In this document: piece by piece, positions 49,763-63,099 of the stretch
Layout of the letters: every line of letters begins with the position of its first letter
How positions within the stretch are numbered: position 1 is the stretch's first letter
Origin: Sarea resinae
Lineage: Eukaryota
Assembly: GCA_026026165.1 (NCBI GenBank)
Contig: JAPEUD010000010.1
Coordinates: 434,001-498,000, forward strand
DNA length: 64,000 nucleotides
Reading direction: 5' to 3'
Notes under the pieces: generated by a model
What the model was told of the DNA's origin: nothing
Seen by the model: only the letters and a program-made list of their open reading frames with translations
Database searches by the model: none
Program-made: the position numbers and the translations under genes

Positions 49763-49858
49763 GGTCGTATGGCTCAGTTGGTTAGAGCATCGTGCTAATA
49801 TCCTCCCCTCTAAATGATGTTAACGCGAGGGTCCTGGGTTCGACCCCCAGTATGACCA
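49763..49858 (+). tRNA. tRNA-Ile(AAT) with a 22-nt intron (49801-49822)
   Basis: Acceptor GGTCGTA/TATGACC+A; A-box TGGCTCAGTTGG; anticodon stem TCGTG/CGCGA, anticodon AAT at 49797-49799; B-box GGTTCGACCCC; canonical 37/38 intron. Confidence 0.95.
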
Positions 49859-50482
49859 ATCTCAATCTGTTTCCGTAAAGGAAAGAGTAATTGTGTTTTT
49901 TTATTCGTGGGAGCGGGGGTGTTGTTTGGTAATGCATGTGGGGTTGGAGGGAATTTGTTACTTTGGTGGGGCGAAAGGTTTTTTTCCCGAGGGGAGTTTT
50001 CGCGAATCATAGCGTTATAGTAGTAGATCTCTGATATCTAATCTTTGGAAAGACGAGGGATGACGCCGATCCATGGCATAGTCTAAATCAAAAGAAAGGG
50101 AACATACCATTTTAAATCCTAAGCGCTGATCTGGGGAATTTGGAGATTGCTAGTTGGGTATATACAAAATATAGACAATTATTAGGTGGTAGACTTGCTT
50201 GAGACTTGCTAGCTTACGACTTTGCCTATCTTCCGAGAAAGGTCACTTACTAGTAGCCAATAACTCATGACTGCGTAGCTATTAAAAAGCCCTAGTGAAT
50301 AACGGATCTTGAGGTCGATGATATATATGCAAGCATAGAGGCAATTTAATATAGAATATAAGCGCGATAATCATCGACGCTGAAGTACCTCTTACACAGA
50401 CACAGACACACAGACGCCGAGTGCTGATTACACGCTCTCAACGCTTTCAAGACGGACTAAAAAGAAAAGCAAAATAAAAGCT

Positions 50483-52667
50483 TCAGCCAAATTTCCCACC
50501 CCTCCCCATCCTGAACGACGCCCACTCATTCTGAGAGACGCCACCAAGGAGCCCCATCGCCTTCCCCGTCGTTGTCGAGGTCGTGGTGGAGGTAGTCGTC
50601 ATCGCTCCGCCATCACCGCTCCCTTCCTCGAGTCTCCTCCTCAACTCGCTTCCAACGAGCCCAGTCGCGCTGTCCGCACTAGAAGTACGACTCAGAAGAC
50701 CCGTCGTCACCCGGCCCGCCAATAAACCTCTGACGCCACCCGCCTTCCGCGCCGGCAGCTCGCCCGTGCCGGCTGTGAGCACGTAGAGAAGATACTTGAG
50801 ATTCGGCAGCGTGTGGCGAATGTCGAGTACTTTCAGGCCTTGTCGGGACATGAGGAGCTCGATGTCTTTGTTGAGAAGAAACACGGCGTATTCGAAGCGG
50901 TATTGGACGCTTCCTTTTATGTAGAGAGGAAAGGTGCGATTGCCCGGCATCAGGGAGATGGGGTCGCGGATGAAGGAGGTGGAGCCGTACGGTTGGATGG
51001 GGTATGATAGAGGGGTGAAGGTATAGAAGGAAAGTAGATAGACGAGATGCGCGACCATGCCTAGGGCAGCGGCCGTGGACGCCTCATCGGCATCTTCGAA
51101 TGAGGAGTTGGAGGGAAGGGGCAGGCCACGGATCGTGAAGGCGAGCGCCTTATTGGGGATGGGATCGATTGGGTAGATGAGGCTCAGGTCTTCGCAGATG
51201 CGGCGTTGTTGGCCTTGGATAGCTTCCAAGTCTCGAGAAACGAGGGTACGGCTCTCAGCGAGCTTGGAGGCAGAAGAATCGAGGTAGTCTTTCGCACGGA
51301 GCTGGGTCTGCGTGCCTTCGCGCATAGCAGCTCGGCGGGCGTCAAGGCTGGCTTTCAGCTCAGAGCGGGTATTCATGGCAGCTTTGAGGGACTTTCGAGC
51401 AGATGCGAGGTACCGTTTTGTTTGGGAGAGCGTTTCCTGTGACTGGGATGCCTCGGCTATTGTGGAGAGAGACTCGTCATTCTCCTGGAGAATAGAGCTG
51501 ATCTGCGACGTCAACTGCTCTCTTGTGGCCAATGCGTCTTGAATGCAATCATCCAGAGTGGAGAGGCGCATGAGGGCATCATAAGAGGATGTCAATTGGA
51601 CTTCTTGCGCAATGGCTCTCGGGGGGCCAAAAGCAGACGGAGCTGCCGGTTCATCAGGCGCCATATCTGTAAAGCTTGTATAAAGACCATCGGACAGATG
51701 GAATATGATACAATTGGGCGGCAGTGGATGGTGAAAGGTTTCAAGCTATCAATATCAGCTAGATACCCATGATGAAGTATTCGAAGACAAATCTCACCGA
51801 TTTGCCGATAAATTGCAAGGAGCGCAAGTTCAACCGGAGCTCCACGAGCAGGCTGTATTCCTGCATGATTTCGTTCTTGGCCCAAAACTTGAGAACTACC
51901 TCGTCAAGCCGTGTAATGATTGGTCCATTGACGCTCAAGTCGAAGAAACGGAAACTCGGATTCTATACCACCATCAGACATGCGGAGCTGCTTCAATTCG
52001 GACACCTCATACCATGGCTTTATCGATGACCTCACTGATATAAACAGGTTCTGAACAACTCGTCAGCCCAGTTCTTGACAACCAAATTTAGCAGAGCCTA
52101 CCAGCCATATCTTCACAATGAAGAGAGAACCACGTGTCTGCCAGCTTGCTTCCCGTGACGGCTTCCAGCCTCTTCTGTCTCGATTCAGGGGCCGCATCGC
52201 TCCAATTGAGCGTACTTCTCCTTCTCAAGCGCCCGAGAGGCGGGGGTTTTAAGTGTGACTCCTTCACTGCACCTCCGTTATACTCCACTGGCACGGTCAG
52301 ACGCGGACCTGCCAGATCGCTGGAAGACCTCGAATGCTCCAGCTTACGAGTCTCCCGCTGAGCTAGTATCTTTGCCGGGGAGCTCCACGTATTCTGGATG
52401 GATTCATCGTCAATTGTTTTCCCGCGCGGTCGGCAAGGAGCGTTCGATAATGTGATGTTCCTCAGCGAGATCCCATGCAGATGGCGCAGTTTGCGGTTCT
52501 AATACGTCATATTAGCTGAGTGGACTCCATAAGGATAGGCTGCGAGAGGAAAGAGCAGAAATCCTCACGGATGGCAGTAGCCATGGCCTCTCCCGCCGAG
52601 AACCCTGGGCATCTGAAGCCAGTGTGGTGGCCTTCGGATTGACCTCTGGAACAGTCGTCGTAGACAT
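50483..52667 (-). CDS. VPS38: UVRAG/Vps38 (Atg14-related PI3K complex subunit); exons 52667-52569, 52498-52102, 52050-52013, 51962-51798, about 51745-50483
   Basis: RERPWLLPS|NRKLRHLHGISLRN, PVYISEV..AM|NPSF, LPPNCIIFHLSDG, SSYDALMRL, coiled coil, FTIRGLPLP, FEYAVFLLNKDIE, HTLPNLKYLL. Confidence 0.88.
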
Positions 52668-53076
52668 GGCTCAGCACAGGACGTCAACAAGACGTGGGCG
52701 AGATGGACCTTGCCTTCAATGCTGGAGGCATCAAGATGGACATCACGATGGGGATGAGTTGCAAGCAAATGGCTATACAGCACTACTGCAAATCATATCT
52801 GTCTCTCTTTCTGTTTTCGGCGTTCCCATCTCAAAGGTATTTGGGCATTCAGACGGCGCGCGCGATCCGAACTATGATACGCGGCAACGAATTGAGGCTC
52901 TACGTATCTAAATTGTTTCGCGAGTTTCTCTCGGAACTTGCCTTCACCTCCCTCGCTCTCTTTCTCTTCCTCCTCGACGGCCATCATCAAGATTTCGCCC
53001 ACGGCCAATCTCATCTTCCCCATTCTCTCCCCCTTCAAGAGAATAAGTGCCGGGTTGTGCTACGCCAACGAGAAAT

Positions 53077-54771
53077 ATGGCCGGTGCTGCGGCCGCAAAG
53101 CAGAAGATGGCCCCGGGCAGTCTGCTGCTGAAAAATGCGGCCAGAGTTGCTCACGGCAGTGCAATATTCGTCTACAACCACATTCGCACGAATCAAGTCG
53201 TCTACTCGCTCTCGAAGGTCTTAGATGTAAGGCTCCGGTCCAATTGATGTCAGATGCTAGGCGCCCCGTACTAAGTAACACCACAGAAAAACACCATCAA
53301 GCAACTTCCATACTTGGGCAAGAAAACCGTTCCACCGGTCATCCGAAAAGATGTCTGGCAACCGCTAGCAGCAATCTCGTTCCCGTCGCCTCCACAAGGC
53401 CTTATTGCCTACCAGAAGCTCCGAGAATTCAAAATGCTACACGAGCTGTCCTATCCACTAGACCTGATACGGGACGAGAAGACTGGCCAGCTGCTGGGAA
53501 AGAAGAAGAGGGCGAAGAAAATCATGGATCAAAAGGCCACTGCCGTTGCAGATATTGCTGCAGTCCTGAAGCTCCAGGAAGAAGCTGCTGAAGCTGCAAA
53601 GGAAGAGGAGGCCGCTGTTGAAACCGAGAGAGAGCGGAGAGCTGCTGAAGCGGCAAAGGCGCAAGAGGAGGCCGCACAAATCGCAAAAGAACACGGAGAG
53701 TTCTCGGAGGAGGCCAAAACAGCGACGGAGAAGGCCGGAAAGTCCGCATTGGCGGCTCGGAGGGCGGAGGCGCAGGCGAAGATATATGAAGATGCGAAAC
53801 GGATACAGAAGGTGGAAGAGGCCGAGGAAGCTCAGATCCAAGCAGCAAGAGCGAAGGCCGAGCGAGCGATAGCAGCTGCTGAAGCCGCTGCGCAGAAGAT
53901 AGAAGACGAGCATCTACGGAATAAGGCAATCGAAGCTGTTCATGCGCTGAACCCCAAGCGAACGATCCGGGAAGCCGCAAAGGCAGCTGCAAAAGTCGAA
54001 TTTTCTCAAAAGACCGAGGCCGAGAAGCATTCATTGAACGCTAAGAAAGCCAAGAAGATTGAGTTCAATGCGAGAAAGAGGGCGAAGACATATGAGGAAT
54101 TCTCTGCTGAAGCCGAGAACGCCGCCGCCGCAGCACAAGAGGTAGAGAAGAGGAGTGGAAAGGAAGCAGAAGAGACTAAGGAGGCACAAAAGGTCGCTTA
54201 CAGAGCGAAGAAGAGGCTAGAGGAGTTTCAACGTTCGATGGCAAGGCAAGAAAAATTAGATGAAGCCGCAAGAGCATCTATGGAAGAGGAAGCCAAGAAT
54301 TTGCCCCCTCCGCCAGCCAAGAAAGAAACCAAAGTCGGTGCACAAGAATCGCGGAGCTTCGCAGGCGCGGCCGACAAGGCCAGAAAGCAGGCTGAAACTC
54401 TCCTAGCAAAGCTATACGAGCTGACGTCGGCCAAATCGGCGGCCGAGCAGCCTTCCGTCTCCAAGAAAGGGCTCAGAAACCACCAGATCAGACACGCGCA
54501 GCGATTGCAGCGCGAGAAAGCCGGCATCGAGGGCGTCAAGGTTCACTGGGCCAACATCGTCGACGCAGAGTACGCCGAGAACTGGCCGCCAGTCGTCACG
54601 CACGACGTGCTGGAGTGGAACCGACACGTCGTCGCGGCTCCCGAGCTCCGTCATCCCGCCTACGAGGCTGCGACCGAACGACTCCGGGTGGCGGACGAGC
54701 AGCTTTTGATGTCGCTGGCGGCGGCCGAGGATGCGTCGGCGCAGAAGCCGTCCGCTCATGCTGCTGCGTGA
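53077..54771 (+). CDS. MHR1: Mitochondrial large-subunit protein mL67 / Mhr1 with a large Ala/Glu/Lys-rich insertion; exons 53077-53226, 53287-54771
   Basis: HGSAIFVYNHIRTNQVVYSL, GKKTVPPVIRKDVWQP, AYQKLREFKMLHE, QKATAVADIAAVL, then C-terminal VHWANIVDAEYAENWP; intron GTAAGG..CTAAG..CAG. Confidence 0.88.
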
Positions 54772-57700
54772 TGGGCTCTTGTATCTCTAACAGCGGTTGA
54801 ATCTTTGTATCTTGTAATATAATAGGAGGTTGTACAAAAAGCTCTTTGGATCCGCAGATATACCGGCTCATAGTCTTTGATCGCACATCTGTTTCCTACC
54901 CGGTGATGCCCATCGTCCTCTCTTTGCCCCGCCCTTGATCATCTAAAAGCATATGCTGCCGCTCGAGAAAGCCATACTTTTCTCCACTCTTCACTACCAC
55001 TTACTCACAGAGCCGAGTGTTTCCAACCACATACTCATTTATACTCTCTCAGTTATCTTTTCTGACGCCACGCACTCACCCACCATCCCCATTGCCATCC
55101 CCACATCCATAGACAAACCCCTACAGCCACGACGAGCACATTACCCCCGGCCAGGAAGATTTCGCCAGGCCAACCATTTCCCTCCGAAAGTGCAGACGTC
55201 CCTTCCCCTCTCCTTTTCTCGTCTTCTTTTTCTGCCTGACAGCCGCTTGAACCGCATCACCGGACCCTCCTTCAGCGAGACAAGAGCTCGTGGATAGGTC
55301 TGTCTTATTTATTCCGCCCCCCAAAAAAGAAAAGAGATTGAGAGATTAAAAAGCACAAGGGACTCAGGATAGCAAAGGGATAGCGAAGAACGAAAACGAA
55401 AGGGCAAATGAGTGGGAAGATGGATTGACCCAGCAGCCAAACCGTATATCTCACATATATATGCGATACATAAACATCTTCGTAGCACGAACACCCACAT
55501 CATCTCATGAGACCACAAGGGGAGTCAAAGGTGAGGTGTGCGACTCTTATCATCACCACCAATACCACCACTACTGCTATTGCTATCGCTACCGATAAAT
55601 CTTTACACTCACCATCGCCCTAGCTTGACCGGAACAGAGACAGGAAAACAGAACAGACACAAAGACCTCAGGAGAAAAGGACTGTCGAAAGAGGAAAGGG
55701 GGAGGGGGAAAGAGAAATCTTCTGTGCATTCTCTTTGCACTGGCATTTTTTGGGGGGGTTTTCTGGAGAGGAGGAAAACTGCTCCATGGGTTTCTCGTTC
55801 AGCGGAGGTAGCGAAATGAAATGAGAGGGAGATGAGAAAGGATCATCTATCGATATGTTCTGTATATGAGCCGCAAGAAACAGGAAGACCATTATCATAA
55901 GTAACATGGGAGAAAGAATGTTATAAGTATCATGAAAGACAAAGAGTTTTATATTGATATCCAAGTAAATTGAGGGATAACTGTCGTCCGGATGGCGTTG
56001 CTTGGTAGTGATATTTGTTTCTCATGAATAAGGTAGGTAGGTAGGTATACTGAGGTGGGGGGTGCACTCTGGAGGAGCAGAGGCTTGATATATAATAGAG
56101 GTAGCTTCTTACATGGTGTTGAAATGACAACTAGGGATACCATACGATATAATTCAATTCAATTCAATTAAACACAAGTAAACTTGTGAGGACTGTAAAC
56201 AGGCAAATCAGTACCCAGCTGAGTCAAAAAGACTACTATAACTAGCCCCTAGGCTAGTTATACCTGTTTACCTACTATATAGCAGCAATTGTCAACCAAC
56301 GTAGGGAACTGCACTGTCGGCACGTTCCGCGGCACTTACTACCAGTACGTAGCTACGTACTCTGGTGGCCCCCTCTGGTACGTTGCGCAAGTACCTCTGT
56401 ACCTGCAGCCCTGACAAAACTCCAACGAGTTAATTAAACTGACAAAACCGATGAGCAATATCAATGATGAAACAGTAGTTGGGATGATCACATCTCTTCT
56501 TTTTCTTGCCCCCCTTTTTCCTCTTTGGATGTTCGAGTCTCGAAGTCGTAATGGCTTGGATGAGATGGGTGGGGTACCGGATCAATGGTGTCTGTCACCG
56601 GCGGGCTTGGCTCAGGAGGTTAGAAGGCCATGCTGGGTGGATAAATGGATAGATCGATGGATGGCTGGCGAAGCAGTCGAGAATGCCTTGTCAGCCTTGG
56701 CATGCTCGAAGTGCCGCGTACTCTGAGGACGGCTGCAGTCTTCTCGTCGGCGGTTCTCAGCACCTGGCAGTAAGGTAGGATCCATGTAAGGCAGGTGGGT
56801 GAGGTGGCTAAGGTATACTACTTCAGTGAGTAGATAAGGTAGACATCACACGCATGACGAAGCGTTGGTGGCATCCCCATGATTTGCATCTCCATCTCCG
56901 TCTCTACCTCTGCTTCATCTCGATGGATCTCAATTTCTCCGCACTCCCCCCAAACGTGGAAGGGTTCTAAGAGGAGCAAAGTGCGGGCACGAGAGTACCG
57001 TCATGGGTCGGTCGTATGCGACCGCAGATATCATGGATACGTAGTTTCTACTGTGAGATTGTTCGTGCAGCCAATGGCCCAGAGCGAACCCCTCATTAAT
57101 CTATCGCTTTTATAGAACAAGGAACAGTTCCTGGCGGGAGATGAGTTCTCTCCGCAACAAGGACGAGTCCAACCAACCCATACATACCCCATACCCCGAG
57201 ATATCTAATTCCCTGACTCCCCAGCCTCGCCATCGCAAGCATTCATCCAGTACGTGGAGAAACTCGACCACCCCGCCGCCACCACTGGCCGGCGTTTTAA
57301 CAATTACCCGATCATGTAGCATGTCCACGGCACTTTACCCGTAAGGTCAATCTCCCCCGAAGCTAAGACGACGCGCGCGCGGCCGGGATGCCGAGAGCTA
57401 GAAACCTTGGTTGCACTCAGACCTGGGGATGAGTTCTGGGGATGATGATATAGCCTGGGGGTAATAATATAATAGCCTGGAAGTTTTCGTAAATAGGCTG
57501 TGGAGAAGTGGTGGCCCAGTCCCTTTAGCGCGCGTGCTTTGGTCTCGCGCACGATAGAGGCCTATAAGTCCGAGAGCGAGGGCTGTTTTGCACTCTTTCT
57601 CTCGCTTCAGACTCGCTTCAGTGTCGCCTTGAGGCTATGACGCAGATTTCACTCGGCGGGACAGGCCTGAGGTGATTCGGCTGCGTAATAGATGGAAGCC

Positions 57701-58824
57701 TGTCGTCAGCAATGATCGAAGACGCCGTGTCTTGGAAGATGATGCTCTCAGCTTCTCGAGACTTGAGGGTCGAGATCTTGCGTCTGGACAACGAAATTGG
57801 AAGGTGACGCTAGAGGGGTGTAGATATTTCGGCAATTGCAGGCATTGAGCGTGCCGAGTTCGCTACATCGAGCGAAGAGTTCCAGAAGGAACCTGTAGTC
57901 ATCTAGCGTCGGTTTGCGAGTCGCCTTACTGAAGTTCGAGAGCTTCTACTGCGGTATGTACTAACAATCTGGTCTTGGCGTGCTGGCCCCTGGGAGAGTC
58001 CGTCGGTGATAGTGCTGCCAGCTGATGATGCAAAAAGAGAAAATCCAATGATCAATGACAAGCGGAGACGGCCAAGCTGTGAGTCTTGATCAGTCAGAGA
58101 TCGATTCTTGCACAATTCGTTCGAGACTGGAGCTTCTTCTGTACCGACTGGCAACTCTGGAGTGCTTCGTACTATGAGTACATAGTCGTCCTCGCTTTGG
58201 CTCCCTGCCCTTGCCCTCTCCCCCAGACCCACACAAGTACCCACATAATATGCATCGACACCGTGAAATTGGACGATGGTTCTCGTACTCCCTACTCTAC
58301 CTTAGTCGAGCCAGCGATGGAAAACGTAATCTGAAATTCAATCTCATGCGCACGAGTTCGGTGGATACGCGGGGTCTTTCCCAAGACGACGGTCTATTGT
58401 AGAGGAATGCGGAGAAGCACGATTCGAACAGGGAGCTTCTCCAGAATCCCCAAATTGAAATTCAACCTCAACTCATGAAAACAAAACGCGCATCCGGGCT
58501 CTGACCAAGAAATGTATCACCACTCTTCGGAGTCCCGTATCATTTAATTTTGATTCTCTCTGCGATGTGCTGATCACCGAACGCCACATCGGCCTACTCT
58601 CGGCCCCCAGTATGTAATGGAATTTGGCACGGTCGAACCACGTTTTGGTGGCGTTCGACGGCAGATCCTGCAGACTGACCACTTCGGGAGGCCATCGTGA
58701 GCAGAGACGGGCTCGCGACTCGCGACCTGAGGGCTTGCTCGGATGGGGAATGGGGTGCCAGGCCCCGAATACTAGCTGCCCAGCCACGAGTGATCAGCGG
58801 CTCTCGACTATCTCTCGTGCGCTG

Positions 58825-58860
58825 GGTGAGCTTGGTGAGCTTGGTGAGCTTGGTGAGCTT
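58825..58860. repeat. (GGTGAGCTT)4 tandem repeat
   Basis: Read directly. Confidence 0.9.
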
Positions 58861-60238
58861 GGCTTTCTCGATTCCCCGGGACGGTCAGCGTCGAGCAGAG
58901 CGAAAGGGAACAGCTAGCCCTAGTCTGGGGTAGGGGCTCCGAGCTGCCCAAATGGCCTACACGCAGTATCTGCTAACAGGCGCATCAGTCCACACCAGGG
59001 GTCGAAGGGGTCGAAGGGGTCGAGAAGAATTTCCCTCCCGGCCGACGAGCAGTCGGAGTACGAAGATACAGGCACATCTCGATGTTGCATTCGTCTCGAC
59101 TATCGAGAGACTTACCGCCCGAGGCAGGTTTAAGAGCGACCCGTCGACGCCAGCGACGCCACGCGCATACAGTCGGCTCCTCGATTCTCCGACCGCAGGC
59201 AGAATGGAATTTGCGACACCACGAGGCATCCATTCTCTACTCACTACTCGCTGGCTCCGGCCGCAAGTCTACATACTCATTCTAGCGTCGTGTCCTTCGT
59301 CTTTGTCATCCTGAGTGGCTTTCATTGCTGATGGGAGCATGCTGCGGCTGGGTTGCGGGTAACCGCGTACAACCGCAGATGCCGCTCTCTACTGTCCAGT
59401 CCAGAGAACACCGTCGTCTCAAAGTCACGGGGCTAATGAGTCAATTCGATCCGGTTGGGGCGGCCGTTGCGATCGCTCTGTCGCGTGAGGTCCGGTCCAG
59501 TTCTAGAGCTGCTTCTCGAATCTGGAATGTCGAAGCATCCCATCTCCAATTCTAAAACAACCTTGGCAATTGTGGAGATGTGGAATTATGACAGGTACTC
59601 GGTGTCCGACGGTGCAGAGCTTAGCATGTCGATTCTTTCCAGGTTGAAGCCATTCATCTCGGGGTCTTGGTGCTGCGTGGTCGCAAGGATGCTGACCCAC
59701 CGCTGAACCGGATTTTGCTTTTTCATCCAAACAGAAGGCATCGTCAGCCGACCGACCAAGGGTAACGCCACGTCGGCGATCATTGTCGTTCTACGCGATC
59801 CGACTAGGTGCAGCATGAATCTACAGGCTAGAACGAGAAGAGATGATTGCTACCGAGAAAGAAGGGGCCAAGAACCTTTGGAAGTACGAGGTCCCAAGAA
59901 TATCCCCTAGATCGTCACGAGGCTTTCTCCATTCTGCCTGGGTCCGGCTCTGCGAAGCACTGGCTTGGATGGAGATCACCCATCGCACGGCTCCGTACGA
60001 GGGTACTCGAGTACATTCTCGACACATTTCGTTTTGACGGGTTGCGGTTGAGGCGCAACGGGGTGGAAAAGCAAAGGCGGTTCACGCACTGACCGGACTC
60101 GCATTCGTCGGGCGTTCTGTGGGTAGCATCCATCAGCGGCGCCCACCGGTCCCTTCGAAGGGTTGCATCTGCCTTGGGTTTACTTCGCGGCGTCGTGCAG
60201 CCGTGCGGGCAGGATTGCAGGCCTGCATACTGTGCCGT

Positions 60239-61082
60239 CCGGGGAGATGCAGCAGGAGGAGTGCGTTGGAGTACTAGCGAATCACGATCAACGTCTAGAG
60301 CTGGGGATGGGACGCGGAGACAGATGCTGGTGGATCTGGGGACCGGACTCGCAGCGAGGTACGTACCCCGACTTCTTTGGGTAAAGAGATGGTACGCAGT
60401 ACGGAGATGAGAGCGAATATCCAGGAGGGCGAGGTATCCGATCGGTCCATCTCTGCGTGTCCTGCACCGTATCGCTACCGACACGAGACTTCGGGATCGT
60501 ACCTCGGACTGTACCTGAGCCCGTTAGGGTACCGACCGAACAGCACCAAAAGTCATTAGCGTCGCCTAGGTGACCCTGGCCCGTGTCGCTTGGAGAAGGG
60601 AAAAAGCACCACGCTAACAGTTCGTTGCCCCATGTCTCTCCACACCCCATGGCACACACGGGCTGGAGCAGGAGACAGACAGCAGTTGGATGGCTGTCCG
60701 CCTACCACGGTCGGACGAGGGGGGACGAGAGGGGACGAGACCTGGGGCGAGTCTCCGGAGGTAGCAACCTTAATGGCATGGCATGAAAAGTCATGGCAAG
60801 CACTAGGAGTAGCGCTCATTGGCTTCATGGCGAGCCCATCTCGTGTTCCCCTCGTCTGGGGTCTCATTTGGACAGAGAACACGGCCGCACGGGGTCGAGC
60901 TGAGCCAATGTTGGGGCACAGGGACAGGGCCACCAGAGCCACGGAGACCGTAACGATAGTACGGTAGTGAGCTACTGGGTGGTCCAGCCAGATAGCGCAT
61001 CATCATCAGAGTAATACAACATTCCTCACAGACCACCGTCCGTTGCCTTTGCTTTTGCTATATAAACTTCCAACGCCCCGGT
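60239..61082 (+). promoter_or_regulatory. Sugar-transporter promoter: multiple SYGGRG (CreA/Mig1-type) sites and TATA box
   Basis: SYGGRG at 60239, 60301, 60314, 60336, 60663, 60742, 60755, 60856 and reverse at 61077; TATATAAA at 61059-61066. Confidence 0.55.
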
Positions 61083-61271
61083 CTTCCTGCTGCTTCTCCT
61101 CCACTCATCTCACAACAATCAAAGCTTCCTCGACTTGGCTCGGCAACCTTCCACCACCACCTGCTTCCCTTAACAACCACCCAAGGGGCATTGGGAAAAA
61201 GTTGATCTTCGGTCAACCTATTCCAGCTCCCCCATACCTCCTTTCTAGACAAGCTTCCCCGCACCATCACA

Positions 61272-63099
61272 ATGGCCATTGGGAACATCTACCTCATTGC
61301 GGCCATCTCCGTTGTCGGAGGTGGTCTGTTCGGTTTCGATATTGCTTCTATGTCTGCCATGTAAGTCTCTCGTGGCCGAACCCTCTTTCTCGGCCTCGCT
61401 GATAATAAGTAGTCTCGGCACTCAAAACTACCTCTGTTACTTCAACCAAGGTCCGCATGGAAAAGGCTATGACGATCAACCATGTTCCGGTCCCACCTCA
61501 GGCGCTCAGGGCGGTATCACCGCCTCGATGGCTGGTGGTTCTTTCCTCGGTGCGCTCGTCTCCGGTTTCCTCTCCGATATTCTTGGCCGTAAGATGTCTA
61601 TAATGATCGGTTCCTGCTGCTGGTGAGTTAGAAACCCCCGTCTTTCCGATAATCACGGTACTGATAAAACCAGGATCGTCGGATCTATCCTCATCTGCGC
61701 TTCTCAAGATATTGGCATGCTTATTGTCGGCCGTATCGTCAACGGTTTCTGTGTCGGCATCTGCTCAGCTCAAGTCCCCGTCTACATCTCCGAATTAGCC
61801 CCTCCCAGCAAGCGCGGTCGTCTCGTCGGTGCGCAACAGTGGGCTATTACCTGGGGTATCATGATCATGTTCTATATCAGTTATGGTAAGTTTCTTCATA
61901 TGTACAGCCAGTCATCAAAATACTCATCTTTGGTTTCAGGTTGCTCCAAGATCGACGGCACCGCCGGATTCAGAATTCCATGGGGTCTTCAGATGATCCC
62001 CGCCATCCTTCTCTTCATTGGAATGATCTTCCTTCCCGAGTCTCCCCGTTGGCTGGCCCGCAAGGACCGATGGGAAGAGGCTGCAGCTGTCCTCACCCTT
62101 GTTCACGGACATGGAGACCCGAACAGCCCCTTTGTCACCGCAGAAATGCAAGACATCAAGGATATGTGCGAATTCGAGCGCAACAACTCCGATGTCACCT
62201 ACTTGGAACTCTTCAAGCCCCACATGATCAACCGCACGCATATTGGCATCTTCACCCAAATCTGGTCGCAATTGACTGGTATGAACGTCATGATGTACTA
62301 TATTACCTGTAAGCCTGGACTGAATACCTCCTGGATGAGCTATTTGCTAATACCCGAACTAGATGTCTTCGCCATGGCTGGTCTCTCAGGAAACAACCTG
62401 CTCGTCTCATCTTCCATCCAATACGTCATTAACGTTGTTATGACCGTCCCGGCTCTGATCTACGTCGATCGCTGGGGTCGTCGCCCAACCCTCTTGATCG
62501 GTGCCATTCTCATGATGATTTGGCTATATGCCAACGCTGGTCTGCTTGCCAGCTATGGCCACTACGCTGGTCCCAACGGCGTCGACAATGTCAAGGAGGC
62601 ATCCTGGGTCATTCACGGCCCCCCGTCCAAGGCCGTCATCGCTTGCTCTTACCTATTCGTCGCATCCTACGCTCCCACATGGGGCCCAGTCTCATGGATC
62701 TACCCCCCAGAGCTATACCCACTCCGCGTCCGTGGCAAGGCTGTCGCGCTTGCTACCTCTGCCAACTGGGCTTTCAACTTCGCCCTCGGCTACTTCGTCC
62801 CACCAGCGTTTGTCAACATCAAGTGGGAAGTCTACATCATCTTTGCCGTTTTCTGTACCGTCATGGCCATCCACGTCTTCTTCATGTTCCCGGAGACGGC
62901 TGGTAAGACACTCGAAGAGACTGAGGCGCTCTTCACCGACCCGACCGGTCCCAAGTACATTGGCACTCTGGCCTGGAAGACACACGTCAGCTTCCAACGC
63001 GCCGCCCAATTTGAGGCTGGCGACCTGGAGAGCAAGCTGGACACTTATCATCATGATGAGTCTCCCGAGAGGGCCGTGGTCGAGCCCGAGAAAATCTAA
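61272..63099 (+). CDS. HGT1: MFS high-affinity glucose transporter (HGT1-like); exons 61272-61360, 61413-61622, 61674-61885, 61940-62308, 62363-63099
   Basis: GGGLFGFDIASMS, QGGITASM, SDILGRK, VPVYISELAP, PESPRWL, QLTGMNVMMYY, DRWGRR, PETAGKTLEE; four GT-AG introns. Confidence 0.9.

Noticed and set aside
54953..61036. Short ORFs between MHR1 and the transporter
   Set aside because: No motifs; several derive from simple repeats.
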